Origin: Parcubacteria bacterium C7867-001
GTDB lineage: Bacteria > Patescibacteriota > Minisyncoccia > Phycocordibacterales > Phycocordibacteraceae
DNA length: 64,000 bases
Direction of reading: 5' to 3'
NCBI GenBank assembly: GCA_001189095.1
Contig: LFCK01000001.1
Location: forward strand, 149,251-213,250
In this document: positions 19,062 to 28,909 of the stretch, piece after piece
How positions within the stretch are numbered: the first letter of the stretch is position 1
Layout of the letters: each line of letters begins with the position of its first letter
The notes under the pieces: model-generated
Told to the model about the DNA's origin: nothing
The model's database searches: none
What the model saw: the letters and a program-made list of their open reading frames with translations, nothing else
Translations under genes and position numbers: made by a program

Positions 19062-20246
19062 ATGTTTTCTCGCTCTCGCGTGTATCTCGATTGGGCCGCA
19101 GCGGCTCCTGTGCATCCTCATGCACGGGAAGCCTTTTCCTATGCGCTGGCGTCATTCGGGAACCCATCTTCGCCCCATGCGGAAGGCCGCGCAGCACGCG
19201 CGATACTTGAGAAGGCTCGCGCAGATATTGCGCTTCTCACGCAGGTAAAGCCCGAGGCGGTTCTTTTCACCTCCGGAGCCACCGAAGCAAATGCACTTGC
19301 TGTAGAAGGATATATTCGGGCTCTCGTGAATAAAGGGCGAGCTCTGAAAGATATGCATGTTCTGTATCTCCCGACCGCGCATGCGTCCGTATATGAGCTC
19401 ATGCAGCGCCTTGCGAAGGATGGGGTGAAAACGGAAACGATTGCCTATAAGAACGGTGCGATAGAGATGGACGCATTTCGTGCGCAGATCCGCCCAGAAA
19501 CGGTTCTGGTGTCGATAGAGGTTATTGCAGGAGAAACCGGCGTACGCACCTCAACGCGACTCGTTCGTCAGGTACTCGATGAGGCACACAAGGAGGGAAG
19601 GGAACGAATTGTGCTTCATGCTGACGCTTCGCAACTTCCACTGATTGAATCCATCGAGCGGACCCGACTCGCCTGCGATCTTATGACGCTCGATGCCGCA
19701 AAGGTTGGTGGCGTCCGCGGCATCGGTGCTCTCATTGCTCCCGTGACAATTCCGCTCGCGCCGATAATCGAGGGTGGGCGACAAGAACGAGAAGTGCGCT
19801 CGGGGACGCAAGTACCAGCGCTCGCTGCTGCATTCGCTATGGCGCTCAAGTGCACCGCGAAGACATGTGAATCATTTGCGGAGAGTGCGCGCGCAGCGCG
19901 CGCAAAGCTCGTCGAAAAGCTCCTCGCGTTTTCCGACGCAGTAGTAAACGAAGGGAAGGAGCAGGCTCCACATATTTTGAATGTATCGTTCCCGAATATC
20001 GATACTGATTATTTGGTCGCGCTTCTTGATGCCAAAGGCTTTTCGGTGTCGACCAAGAGCGCGTGCGAAACGGACGCTGTCGGGTCTCGCGTCGTCCTTG
20101 CCGAAACTGCTGATGAAAAGCTCGCCGCGTCCACCCTGCGCATTTCATGGGGCCCCTCGACGCGTCCGCAGGACCTCGAACGCTTCCAAAAGGCGCTGGC
20201 TGCTGAGCTCGATTTTCTGCATAAAAACCGTATAATGGCCTCATGA
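19062..20246 (+). CDS. iscS: Cysteine desulfurase (IscS/NifS family)
   Basis: YLDWAA, GNPSS.H, FTSGATEAN, PLP Lys (AAKVGG), RSGT, SAC. Confidence 0.88.
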   Translation: MFSRSRVYLDWAAAAPVHPHAREAFSYALASFGNPSSPHAEGRAARAILEKARADIALLTQVKPEAVLFTSGATEANALAVEGYIRALVNKGRALKDMHVLYLPTAHASVYELMQRLAKDGVKTETIAYKNGAIEMDAFRAQIRPETVLVSIEVIAGETGVRTSTRLVRQVLDEAHKEGRERIVLHADASQLPLIESIERTRLACDLMTLDAAKVGGVRGIGALIAPVTIPLAPIIEGGRQEREVRSGTQVPALAAAFAMALKCTAKTCESFAESARAARAKLVEKLLAFSDAVVNEGKEQAPHILNVSFPNIDTDYLVALLDAKGFSVSTKSACETDAVGSRVVLAETADEKLAASTLRISWGPSTRPQDLERFQKALAAELDFLHKNRIMAS

Positions 20247-20980
20247 ATATAGAAGAACTCTCAAACACCCAGCTCCTTCTCCTCACGGTTCTCGTAAATT
20301 TCGTGGTCGCCATAGCGACCGGTGTTCTCACGGTGTCTTTCCTTGATCAGGCGCCGGCAACCGTAACTCAGACCGTGAACCAGATTGTCGATCACACCAT
20401 CGAGACCGTCACGCAGCAGGTTCCGGGTGTTGCAACGCCAACACCGTCTGCTGAAGACCAGCTCACGGGCGCTATCGCTGCTGCTGCAGCGCGCACCGTG
20501 AAGGTCCATCAGGAAAGTACGACCACACCAGCACTTGCGACCGGCGTCTATCTTCCGAAATCGCGCGCCATCGCAACGCTTATGGGCAAATCACTCCCGA
20601 AGGAAGTCATCGTCGAGTTTGCGGACGGTTCCTCCGCGCCAGCGTCGCTCTCACGCACAAACGAGAACATTGCAATTTACGGCTTCTCCGATTCCGCGAA
20701 ACTTTATGATGCTCCAGCCGCATCTCCTATCCCGCTCACGAGTCTCAAGGCAGGGCAGACCATCATCGCGCTTACGTCAGACGACAGCGTGGCGACCGGC
20801 ATCATCTCGAAGATAAGTGCGACGGGCATTTATACGAGCCTCTCCTCTCCTACGCCGGGCACTGGTGCGGTAAACATCTCCGGCAGTCTCGTTGGCATCG
20901 GAAGCGCGACCGCAGGAGTCTTCATTACCGCCGATCAGATTATCAGTCTTCTTTCCGCAACCAGTTCGCCGAATCAGTAA
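20243..20980 (+). CDS. Membrane-anchored protein with degenerate trypsin-like (HtrA-type) fold
   Basis: N-terminal TM; GQTIIAL...VATGIISK and G..VNISG.LVGI; canonical GNSGG absent. Confidence 0.6.
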   Translation: MNIEELSNTQLLLLTVLVNFVVAIATGVLTVSFLDQAPATVTQTVNQIVDHTIETVTQQVPGVATPTPSAEDQLTGAIAAAAARTVKVHQESTTTPALATGVYLPKSRAIATLMGKSLPKEVIVEFADGSSAPASLSRTNENIAIYGFSDSAKLYDAPAASPIPLTSLKAGQTIIALTSDDSVATGIISKISATGIYTSLSSPTPGTGAVNISGSLVGIGSATAGVFITADQIISLLSATSSPNQ

Positions 20981-21014
20981 GTTCACGTAATTATCAGCGT
21001 CATCTCTTCTAGCT

Positions 21015-23705
21015 ATGCCGCCATTCAAGAACTTCACCACCAAAGCAAAGGAAGCAATACGAAAAGCTCACGAGCTCGCTATTGAGCGCGGCCAGAATCA
21101 TGTCTCGCCGCTTCATCTTCTTACCGCACTCATCCATCAGGAGGAGTCGTTGGTTTTCTCTGTGCTTGATCGCATGGACATCGACGTCATGCTCCTTTCC
21201 GATACGCTCCTTGAGATTCTCGAGACGCCGGAAACTTCCTCTGTGCTTTCGCCGAGTTACCAGCTCTACCTCACGCCGGATCTCGCTGCAGCGCTTGAAG
21301 CTTCAGGAAAAGTCGCAGCGCGCCTTAATGATCCGTTTGTCGGTACCGAGCATTTGTTTGTCGCAACGCTTGAGCATCCAGGGCCGGCAGGAGATGCACT
21401 CGCTCGTTTCAAAATTGATCCGGAGACCGTCGTTTCTGTGCTTCGCGAACTGAAGAATACGAAAGACGGACAGGTGGTCGAGCCAAAGCGTTTCCGCACG
21501 CTCGCAAAATATACGAGGAATCTTACTAAGCTTGCGTCTGAGAACGCACTTGATCCGGTCATTGGCCGCGATCAGGAAATACATCGCGTCATCCAGATCC
21601 TTTCGCGCCGCACGAAGAATAATCCCGTGCTCATCGGTGAACCGGGCGTTGGTAAGACCGCTATCGCGGAGGGAATGGCGCAGCGCATCGCTTCGGGTGA
21701 CGTGCCGAGCTCGCTCAAGGGCAAAGAGCTTCTTTCGCTCGACTTGGGTCTCATGATTGCAGGAACGAAATATCGCGGCGAGTTCGAGGAACGCATGAAG
21801 AGCGTTATGAAGGAAGTCGAGCGCGGCGAAGGAAAGATAATTCTCTTCATCGACGAGCTCCACACACTCATCGGCGCTGGCGCCGCAGAGGGTGCGATGG
21901 ATGCTTCGAACATGCTCAAGCCGGCGCTTGCGCGCGGCGAGTTCCGCATGATTGGCGCAACAACGCTCAAGGAATACCAGCAGCACATCGAAAAGGATGG
22001 TGCGCTCACGCGCCGCTTCCAGCCGGTCTATGTCGAAGAGCCTTCGGTCGAAGACGCGATTGCGATTCTTCGCGGGCTCCGCGACAAATACGAGCTTTTC
22101 CATGGCATTCGCATCACGGACGGTGCTATTGTTTCTGCCGTCGAGCTTTCTGCTCGCTATATTTCCGATCGTTATCTTCCCGACAAAGCAATAGACTTAA
22201 TCGATGAAGCGGGATCCGGTCTGCGCATCGCGCTTGAGAATAAGCCGACGCTCCTCGAAGAGTCTGATCGCAAGATCCGACGCCTTGAGATTGAGCGCGA
22301 AGCGCTCAAGAAGGATGCTGAGAGCGCAGCTGAAACCACGGTGCGTGGTAAAGAGATTCGTGATCGTGTGCAAGCGATTGACGAAGAGGTCGCCGATTTG
22401 CGTGAGAAGACCTCGGAGCTCGAACTTAAATGGAAAAACGAAAAGGAGGTACTTGAAAGCATTCGAACCATAAAAACGGAACTCGATAAATTGCGCGTTC
22501 AGGCAGAAAATGCGGAAGCGATTGCGGACCTTGGAACAACCGCAGAAATCCGCTACGGCAAGATTCCGCTCCTCCAAAAAGAGCTCGAAACAAAGATGAA
22601 GCGCTTGAAGACGCTGCAGAAGTCGCGTCGCGTTTTGCATGAAGAGGTGACTGAGCACGAGATTGCGAGCGTCGTTTCTCGGTGGACCGGTATCCCCGTC
22701 AACAAAATGATTGAAGAGGAAGCGGCTAAGCTCTCTCGCATGGAAGAGGCGCTCAAGTCCGCGGTGGTCGGCCAAGATGCTGCAGTGAAAATTGTTTCGG
22801 ACGCAGTGAAGCGTTCTCGTGTCGGCATTAGCGATCCGAACAAACCAATCGGCTCCTTCCTTTTCCTCGGACCAACGGGTGTCGGTAAGACAGAGCTTTC
22901 CCGAAAACTTGCGGAGTTTATGTTTAACGATGCTGATGCGCTCGTTCGCGTCGACATGTCGGAGTTCATGGAGAAACACTCGGTCGCAAAATTGATCGGC
23001 GCGCCTCCGGGCTACGTGGGCTATGAAGAGGCAGGAAGCCTTACGGAGCGTATCCGCCATCGCCCGTACGCGGTCATTCTCTTCGATGAAATCGAGAAAG
23101 CGCATCCGGAAGTATTCAACATTCTCCTGCAGGTACTCGACTCCGGTCATCTTACGGACGGTAAGGGACGCAAGGTGAATTTCAAGAACACCATCGTGGT
23201 ACTCACGAGCAACATCGGTTCTGAGTTTATCGACCGCATGTCCGGAATCGGATTCACGAGCTCGGCGAGCGCCGATGCGGACCAGTATGAGGCGACAAAG
23301 GAGAAGGTCATGAAAGCGCTTAAGGATCACTTCCGTCCAGAATTCCTCAATCGTCTCGACGACACAATAATCTTCGACGTGCTCTCCAAGGAGACGTTGA
23401 TTAAGATCGTCGATACTCAAGTTGCTGATGTGGTGAAGCGTCTTGCCGACAAGCGCATCGTTCTCACGCTCACGGATGAGGTGAAGTTGTGGCTTGCCGA
23501 CAAGGGATACAACCCACAGTACGGCGCACGACCGCTCAAGCGCGCGATTCAGGACAAAATCCTCACCCCAATAGCGACCCTTATGGTGGGTCAAGGCGTC
23601 ATGGAGGGCGGTGCCGTGAATGTCTCCATAAAGGCCGGAGAGCCTCATTTTGACGTCAAAAAGAGCGTTTCTCGGGTCCGAAAAGCTCCGAGCGTTACGG
23701 TTTAG
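21015..23705 (+). CDS. clpB: ATP-dependent chaperone ClpB
   Basis: Two AAA modules (GEPGVGKT, GPTGVGKT) and a long middle coiled coil with AEIRYG. Confidence 0.93.
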   Translation: MPPFKNFTTKAKEAIRKAHELAIERGQNHVSPLHLLTALIHQEESLVFSVLDRMDIDVMLLSDTLLEILETPETSSVLSPSYQLYLTPDLAAALEASGKVAARLNDPFVGTEHLFVATLEHPGPAGDALARFKIDPETVVSVLRELKNTKDGQVVEPKRFRTLAKYTRNLTKLASENALDPVIGRDQEIHRVIQILSRRTKNNPVLIGEPGVGKTAIAEGMAQRIASGDVPSSLKGKELLSLDLGLMIAGTKYRGEFEERMKSVMKEVERGEGKIILFIDELHTLIGAGAAEGAMDASNMLKPALARGEFRMIGATTLKEYQQHIEKDGALTRRFQPVYVEEPSVEDAIAILRGLRDKYELFHGIRITDGAIVSAVELSARYISDRYLPDKAIDLIDEAGSGLRIALENKPTLLEESDRKIRRLEIEREALKKDAESAAETTVRGKEIRDRVQAIDEEVADLREKTSELELKWKNEKEVLESIRTIKTELDKLRVQAENAEAIADLGTTAEIRYGKIPLLQKELETKMKRLKTLQKSRRVLHEEVTEHEIASVVSRWTGIPVNKMIEEEAAKLSRMEEALKSAVVGQDAAVKIVSDAVKRSRVGISDPNKPIGSFLFLGPTGVGKTELSRKLAEFMFNDADALVRVDMSEFMEKHSVAKLIGAPPGYVGYEEAGSLTERIRHRPYAVILFDEIEKAHPEVFNILLQVLDSGHLTDGKGRKVNFKNTIVVLTSNIGSEFIDRMSGIGFTSSASADADQYEATKEKVMKALKDHFRPEFLNRLDDTIIFDVLSKETLIKIVDTQVADVVKRLADKRIVLTLTDEVKLWLADKGYNPQYGARPLKRAIQDKILTPIATLMVGQGVMEGGAVNVSIKAGEPHFDVKKSVSRVRKAPSVTV

Positions 23706-23832
23706 CGGGGTACGCCATATCGCCCTGCGAGTCCTCACCAACGAGACTTGTAATGGTTGCGGGCTCTCGGTCGATATGGCGTATCCCGCTCCGTTGCAGG
23801 AATTGGGCGGATTTGGTAGGGTATTCCTACAT

Positions 23833-23988
23833 ATGTCACAGGACCACCTCATACGCCTCAAGTCGACCAAGTCAACGACGGTCTACTTCACTCGCAAGAA
23901 CCGCAAGAAGGTCGAGCGTAAGATCGAGCTCAAGAAATACGATCCGGTTACCCGCAAGCACGAGGTTTTCAAGGAAGCGAAGAAATAA
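23833..23988 (+). CDS. rpmG: 50S ribosomal protein L33
   Basis: YFTRKN.....KIELKKYDPVTRKH.VFKE. Confidence 0.95.
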   Translation: MSQDHLIRLKSTKSTTVYFTRKNRKKVERKIELKKYDPVTRKHEVFKEAKK

Positions 23989-24095
23989 AAGAAAAGCCGC
24001 CCACAGGGCGGTTTTTCTTTAAGTGACAAAAGGAAGGCGTCGTGTCAGTATCGGACCTAGCCGTTCATTACTTACGGCAGAAAGAGGAGGCAGAA

Positions 24096-24410
24096 ATGTC
24101 CTACAACGTTGCTCTCCGTTATACGGAGAAGGCTGGCGGGTACGCTGGTGTGATTTTCTGGAGCAGCTATCCCTCGAAGGAGGCGCTCCATGAATTCATC
24201 GGCTCTCAAGAAAAACTCGAAATTGTCGAAGAAGGCATCACCGAAGAGCTCGCTACTGCGCTCACGCGGCAAACGCCCTCTCGCAGCTACGCGAATGCGG
24301 CGCTCGCAGCCGCGACCGACCCTGAGACCGGCGAAGTCAATCCCGACCTGCTCGAACATGAAATGAGCAAGGCGGTGTTCGGCATTCGTCTTGCTGCACA
24401 GTCGGCGTAA
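24096..24410 (+). CDS. Hypothetical protein
   Basis: GAGGAGG SD; 104 aa. Confidence 0.7.
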   Translation: MSYNVALRYTEKAGGYAGVIFWSSYPSKEALHEFIGSQEKLEIVEEGITEELATALTRQTPSRSYANAALAAATDPETGEVNPDLLEHEMSKAVFGIRLAAQSA

Positions 24411-24436
24411 TAATCCGCTTGGTAATGGAGGACGAA

Positions 24437-24610
24437 ATGTCTGAGAAACGGAAACTCGTTAAAGGAGATCCGGAGCGCTTCAAGAAGTTCTGGCCTTCGG
24501 GCCGGCCGCAGATGCCAGTGGGGTACAACGCTCCTCTCGATACTCGGCCGACGATTCAGATCATCCGCGAACGCGATGAAGCCGATGCGGCCGCTGGCCG
24601 TACGTGGTAA
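24437..24610 (+). CDS. Small hypothetical protein
   Basis: GGAGG SD; terminator hairpin at 24616-24641. Confidence 0.5.
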   Translation: MSEKRKLVKGDPERFKKFWPSGRPQMPVGYNAPLDTRPTIQIIRERDEADAAAGRTW

Positions 24611-24655
24611 ATGCTAAGCCGCTCCCTTTGGGAGCGGCTTTGGATTTTGTAATGA

Positions 24656-24833
24656 TGCGGGCCCACGAGGACCGCGAGTACGCGTATCGGTCCTTACAGG
24701 ACCTGTACACGTTGCGGATATTTCAGTTCGCCTCACTCCTGAAATATGCTCGCAACATTTTCGATTCCTCGACGCAGACGCCCCGCGTCTGCGTGGGCCC
24801 GCATGCAAAAACCGCCTTGCGGCGGCTTTGCAG
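24656..24833 (-). repeat. tRNA-Trp-associated mini element
   Basis: 16-bp direct repeat of the tRNA 3' end (24656-24671 = 24834-24849) and a split antisense copy (24760-24771 + 24792-24803). Confidence 0.75.
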
Positions 24834-24835
24834 TG

Positions 24836-24906
24836 CGGGCCCACGAGGAATCGAACCTCGGCCGACGGTTTTGGAGACCGACGTTCTACCATTAAACTAT
24901 AGGCCC
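24836..24906 (-). tRNA. tRNA-Trp(CCA)
   Basis: tcggt-ctCCAaa-accgt anticodon arm; GGTTCGATTCC. Confidence 0.95.
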
Positions 24907-24982
24907 AATATCACGCAGGGTAACAGATATGAGGCTGGGGGAAAAGCGCCTTCGAGAGGCCTCCTCGACGTATACTAGGGGT

Positions 24983-25945
24983 ATGAACTTCGTCAAAACG
25001 GCGATTCCAGTGCTTTTTGTTGCGGTCGCCCTTATCCTCCCGCAGGTATCTTTTGCGGCTGCGACCTTCTTCGATCCTATTATCCCGCCGGAATGCCATT
25101 GCGAGCAGTCGGCGCCTGATTTCGGTTGCGTGATGCAGATAATCCAGAATGTGATGAATTTTGGTGTTTCTATTTCGGTTATCGCCGTAACGCTGGCGCT
25201 CGCGTACGGAGGCATTTTGTGGATTTTGAGCCCAGTGAATCCTCAGAACCGAGAAATCGCGAAAACAGCTCTCCTCAATTCAGTTATCGGTATTGTCATT
25301 GTGCTCGGAGCGTGGCTTATCGTGGACTTCGTCATGAAGACCTTTTATGGTGGCCAATTCGGGCCGTGGAATGAAATCATTATGTCTGAGGAGGGGACTC
25401 AGTGTCTTCAAGTGAAGAAGCCTGCAGCGCCGGCAGGAACTACAACGGATGGAAAGCCAACCGACGGGGGACTCGGTACGACTGAGAACCCGAAGCCTCA
25501 GACAGGTCCTTCAGGTTCCGATAAGAAGTGGGAAGATTTCTTCTCATTCGACTCTTCGGCCATTAAAGCAGGAGCAGGAGCAATTTCTGGATCGCTCGAT
25601 ACAATGTTGGGCTGCATGGTACCAAAACTTCCTGCTGGAGTGGGCCGTATCTCTGCACTCACCGACAGTTACGTGCAAACGGATTCAACGAAAATTGCAC
25701 ACTGTGCGAAAGTTGGTAAAGAAGGAGATTCAAGCTGTAAGCATACATGGGCTTCCTGCCATTACGGCGGTAAGACGTGTGGCGAATCATATGCAGTCGA
25801 TTTCGGAGATGAAGAAAATTCAAGTAAGTTGATTGCCGCTGCAAAAGCGTGCGGAGCTTCTCGAGCAGTCGTAGAAAATGGAAATCACGTTCACGTTGCT
25901 ATGCCTAACCAATGCGGAGGACAGAAGAGTAATTCTTGTCAGTAG
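24983..25945 (+). CDS. Pilin-like protein fused to a putative M15/DD-peptidase-like domain
   Basis: Pilin core (AK.AL.N.VIG.VIVL.AWLIV); C-terminal SCHY...AVDF...NHVHV. Confidence 0.7.
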   Translation: MNFVKTAIPVLFVAVALILPQVSFAAATFFDPIIPPECHCEQSAPDFGCVMQIIQNVMNFGVSISVIAVTLALAYGGILWILSPVNPQNREIAKTALLNSVIGIVIVLGAWLIVDFVMKTFYGGQFGPWNEIIMSEEGTQCLQVKKPAAPAGTTTDGKPTDGGLGTTENPKPQTGPSGSDKKWEDFFSFDSSAIKAGAGAISGSLDTMLGCMVPKLPAGVGRISALTDSYVQTDSTKIAHCAKVGKEGDSSCKHTWASCHYGGKTCGESYAVDFGDEENSSKLIAAAKACGASRAVVENGNHVHVAMPNQCGGQKSNSCQ

Positions 25946-25946
25946 T

Positions 25947-26771
25947 CTACAAAGAAAGTTTTCGAATCCATTTCTTCTGATGCTTGGCGTACTGCCAGAG
26001 CTTTGCCGTTAAGGCAGGGATAAGGGAGTCTTCGCTGCGCTCTCCGCGTAGAAATTCTCCAACAATTCGGTATTCAAGGCCGAGTTCGTTCAAACGCGCG
26101 TCGCCGTAGGTGGCGCGCGTCCGCTCCACTTCAGTGATAAGGCCCTTTGAAAACGCATTCTTGAGCCGTGCCTCGAGACGAGGAAGCAGTTCTTCCTTCG
26201 GCGGGTCGATAACAATCCACTCGATTTCGTAGTTCTCATTCTTTACGCGTTTTGGCACCGGACCTTTTGTCTCGATGATTTCAAGCGCACGAATGAGGCG
26301 ACGGCGATTATTCGGATCGAGTTCGGCTGCTCGCTCGGGATCCTTTTCCTCTATCCGTGCGTACAGTTCCTCGTTCGAGAGCGGTTCGAATGATGCTCGT
26401 AGCTCCGGACTCGCTGGTGTTTCCTGAGGAATGCCGTTCAAAAGTGCATCGAAATAAAAATGCGTCCCCCCAGCGAGAATAGGCAGCTTTCCGCGTGAGG
26501 AAATCTCTTCAATAAGTCGCTGCGCATCAACAACAAAATCTCCTGCGCTATATATCTCGTCAACATTCCTGATATCGATAAGATGGTGGGGAATACCGTC
26601 CATATCCTCCCCAGTCATCTTTTCGGTGCCAATATCGAGTCCTCGGTACACTTGTCGACTGTCGACGGAGATAATTTCACCATTCCGAGCGAGTGCTTCC
26701 TCGACAGCGCGTGCGGATTTGCCCGAACCAGTCGGGCCAATAATGGCTAAAATCTTCACTTTCCCCCTCAT
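25947..26771 (-). CDS. miaA: tRNA dimethylallyltransferase
   Basis: GPTGSGKS, DSRQVYRGLDIGT, HHLID, GGT..Y, RRLIRALE. Confidence 0.95.
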   Translation of the reverse strand: MRGKVKILAIIGPTGSGKSARAVEEALARNGEIISVDSRQVYRGLDIGTEKMTGEDMDGIPHHLIDIRNVDEIYSAGDFVVDAQRLIEEISSRGKLPILAGGTHFYFDALLNGIPQETPASPELRASFEPLSNEELYARIEEKDPERAAELDPNNRRRLIRALEIIETKGPVPKRVKNENYEIEWIVIDPPKEELLPRLEARLKNAFSKGLITEVERTRATYGDARLNELGLEYRIVGEFLRGERSEDSLIPALTAKLWQYAKHQKKWIRKLSL

Positions 26772-26823
26772 GGCTCGGATGCTATCATGCGCAAATCATC
26801 TTTGTTAGCCTAATCCCATCCTC

Positions 26824-27489
26824 ATGAACAAGCACGGAACCAAAAGCAACTACTGTGAGCACTGCGGCGACTTCCACGACTCAGCGAAGGAGTTCATTTC
26901 CTCAGTGAAGGTCGGGGAGACTATTCCAGACTACGAGTTCGAAGCGTATCAGGCGGACGATACGAAGACGATGAAGTTCTCTGATTTTCAGGGGAAGTGG
27001 CTCATCGTCATGTTCTACCCAGCGGACTTCACCTTTGTCTGCCCAACCGAACTTGAGGAGATGGCGAAACTCTATCCGAAATTCAAGGAACTAAGCGCGG
27101 AAGTCGTGACGTTCTCATCGGATACCGTTTTCACGCATAAGGCATGGCACGACACTTCGGAAGCTATCAAGAAAATAGAATTTCCGATGGGTGCGGATCC
27201 ATCCGGTAAAATCTCCTACGCTTTCGGCGTACTTATCGAGGGGGGCGAAAGCGCGCTCACGCCGGATGAGGGTCAGCCGATGCGCGGTACGTTCATCGTC
27301 GATCCTGCAGGCGTTCTTCGCACGATGGAAATTCATCACAACTCAATCGGCCGCTCAGCGAAGGAAACGCTCCGCAAACTTCAGGCCGCACAGTTTGTTG
27401 ACGCGCATGGCGACAAGGTATGCCCAGCTTCTTGGGAACCGGGGGACGACACGCTTGAGCCCGGCATGGACTTGGTAGGAAAGATATAA
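26824..27489 (+). CDS. ahpC: 2-Cys peroxiredoxin
   Basis: FYPADFTFVCPTE and VCPASW. Confidence 0.95.
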   Translation: MNKHGTKSNYCEHCGDFHDSAKEFISSVKVGETIPDYEFEAYQADDTKTMKFSDFQGKWLIVMFYPADFTFVCPTELEEMAKLYPKFKELSAEVVTFSSDTVFTHKAWHDTSEAIKKIEFPMGADPSGKISYAFGVLIEGGESALTPDEGQPMRGTFIVDPAGVLRTMEIHHNSIGRSAKETLRKLQAAQFVDAHGDKVCPASWEPGDDTLEPGMDLVGKI

Positions 27490-27529
27490 GAAAAAAGCCG
27501 CGCCATAAGGCGCGGCTTCGGGTTTAGCG

Positions 27530-28003
27530 TTACAGGCTAAGCCAGCTGTATCGCAAAAGCCCAGCGAATCGTTCGGTGTCGTCCAGAAGAACTTGCTCGT
27601 TCGGCTGCAGCTCGTCGGGGAGCTCAGTGATGCTCGTTGAGAGCACGACCTCGATGGCGGCCTTTTCGCTTTCCACAAAGTTCAGTCTCGTGACGACCTC
27701 CTTGAGGAATGCTTTCGAGTAAATCGGCACTCGAATGACCGCGGTGCCGTCGTCGCTGCTGAAGATAACGTGCCCGTGCGGGCTGTCTTCTTTGCAGTCG
27801 ATCTTCCAGCTCGTATCAATCTTATACGAGCCTTCGCATTTTTTGCAGAAACCTGCGTGCAGCGGAAAATGATCGTTTCGCTGCAGTAGCTTCTTTTTGA
27901 GTGTCAATCCCTCGGTGGGATTTTCTGGATTCACCAAGTACATTCGCGCCCCGAGGTAATTCCAAGGGTAGTCGATACGCCAGCCGGTCTTTGTCTGCGG
28001 CAT
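27530..28003 (-). CDS. Hypothetical protein
   Basis: AAGGAG SD before MPQTKTG; contains a CxxC. Confidence 0.65.
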   Translation of the reverse strand: MPQTKTGWRIDYPWNYLGARMYLVNPENPTEGLTLKKKLLQRNDHFPLHAGFCKKCEGSYKIDTSWKIDCKEDSPHGHVIFSSDDGTAVIRVPIYSKAFLKEVVTRLNFVESEKAAIEVVLSTSITELPDELQPNEQVLLDDTERFAGLLRYSWLSL

Positions 28004-28123
28004 GGTATGTCTCCTTGCTGGGGGAACAATTTCCCTGAGGCAATTCATACTACAAAGCGACAGACTCCACAACGCGATACTTTCTATAAAAAGGACGCCT
28101 CGGCAGAGTCGAGGCGTTTTGAT

Positions 28124-28825
28124 TCAGTATTCTTGCGTGAGCAGTTTCCAGTCGTCTTTGGGTTTCTCAACGGGAGGAACGAGCTCGCGCCCATCCTTGG
28201 TGAACGGGTTCTTGCCCTCTTCCCACGTTTTCAATTCAGCATCGACGAGCGCGTAGATCTTCATGCTGCCGAGGTGCGTTTTACCGCTTCGATTGCAGAG
28301 CGCAAGGATGTTCGGACTGAATTGAACGCTTGGCGCGACAGCGCGAACGGCGTCTATGACTTTCACGAGGCTGCCGCCCGTCGTGATAGTGTCTTCAACG
28401 AGCAGAATTTGCTCGTGGGGCAATGGCTGGTTTCGCTTGAAAGCAAAAGCGTCGCCTTCTTTTTCAGCAAACGCCATTTTGATTTGTGGCGCGAGATCGT
28501 TGATCTTGAAGTACGCCGAAGCAACCGAGTGCGCAAACGTTATCGCGCCCATGGCGGGTCCGATAACCCTGTTGATGCTTAAGCTCTTGCGGCTCTGGTC
28601 GCCGTCGAGCATTTCGGAAACGAGTTCATGCGATACCGCGTCAAGCACCGCGGGTAGTTCGCAGAGCACGGCGCCGTTGAAGTACCCGTTTGAGATGAGG
28701 CCTGACCGGAGCCGAACGTAGGGACGCTTTGGATTACCATCGTGGTGCCAGAAGACACCGAGTTCCTCGAGGGTCTTTTTGCGTCCCGCCGAAGTTTCAA
28801 GCCATGATTTTTTACGTACTGGCAC
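28124..28825 (-). CDS. pyrE: Orotate phosphoribosyltransferase-like PRTase
   Basis: LRSGLIS..YF, GPAMGAI, FAEK, LLVEDTITTGGS. Confidence 0.8.
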   Translation of the reverse strand: MPVRKKSWLETSAGRKKTLEELGVFWHHDGNPKRPYVRLRSGLISNGYFNGAVLCELPAVLDAVSHELVSEMLDGDQSRKSLSINRVIGPAMGAITFAHSVASAYFKINDLAPQIKMAFAEKEGDAFAFKRNQPLPHEQILLVEDTITTGGSLVKVIDAVRAVAPSVQFSPNILALCNRSGKTHLGSMKIYALVDAELKTWEEGKNPFTKDGRELVPPVEKPKDDWKLLTQEY

Positions 28826-28909
28826 GGAATTTCCTTTCTTTCCTAATCCGCTAGCACTCTACGGGAGCACAAGTGCAAAATCAAATTGTGCCAGGAGGCT
28901 CGACCAAAA

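Noticed and set aside
24604-24978. ORFs spanning tRNA genes and adjacent repeats (also 16764-17121 and 61027-61389)
   Set aside because: They overlap tRNAs or palindromic elements and lack protein-like features.
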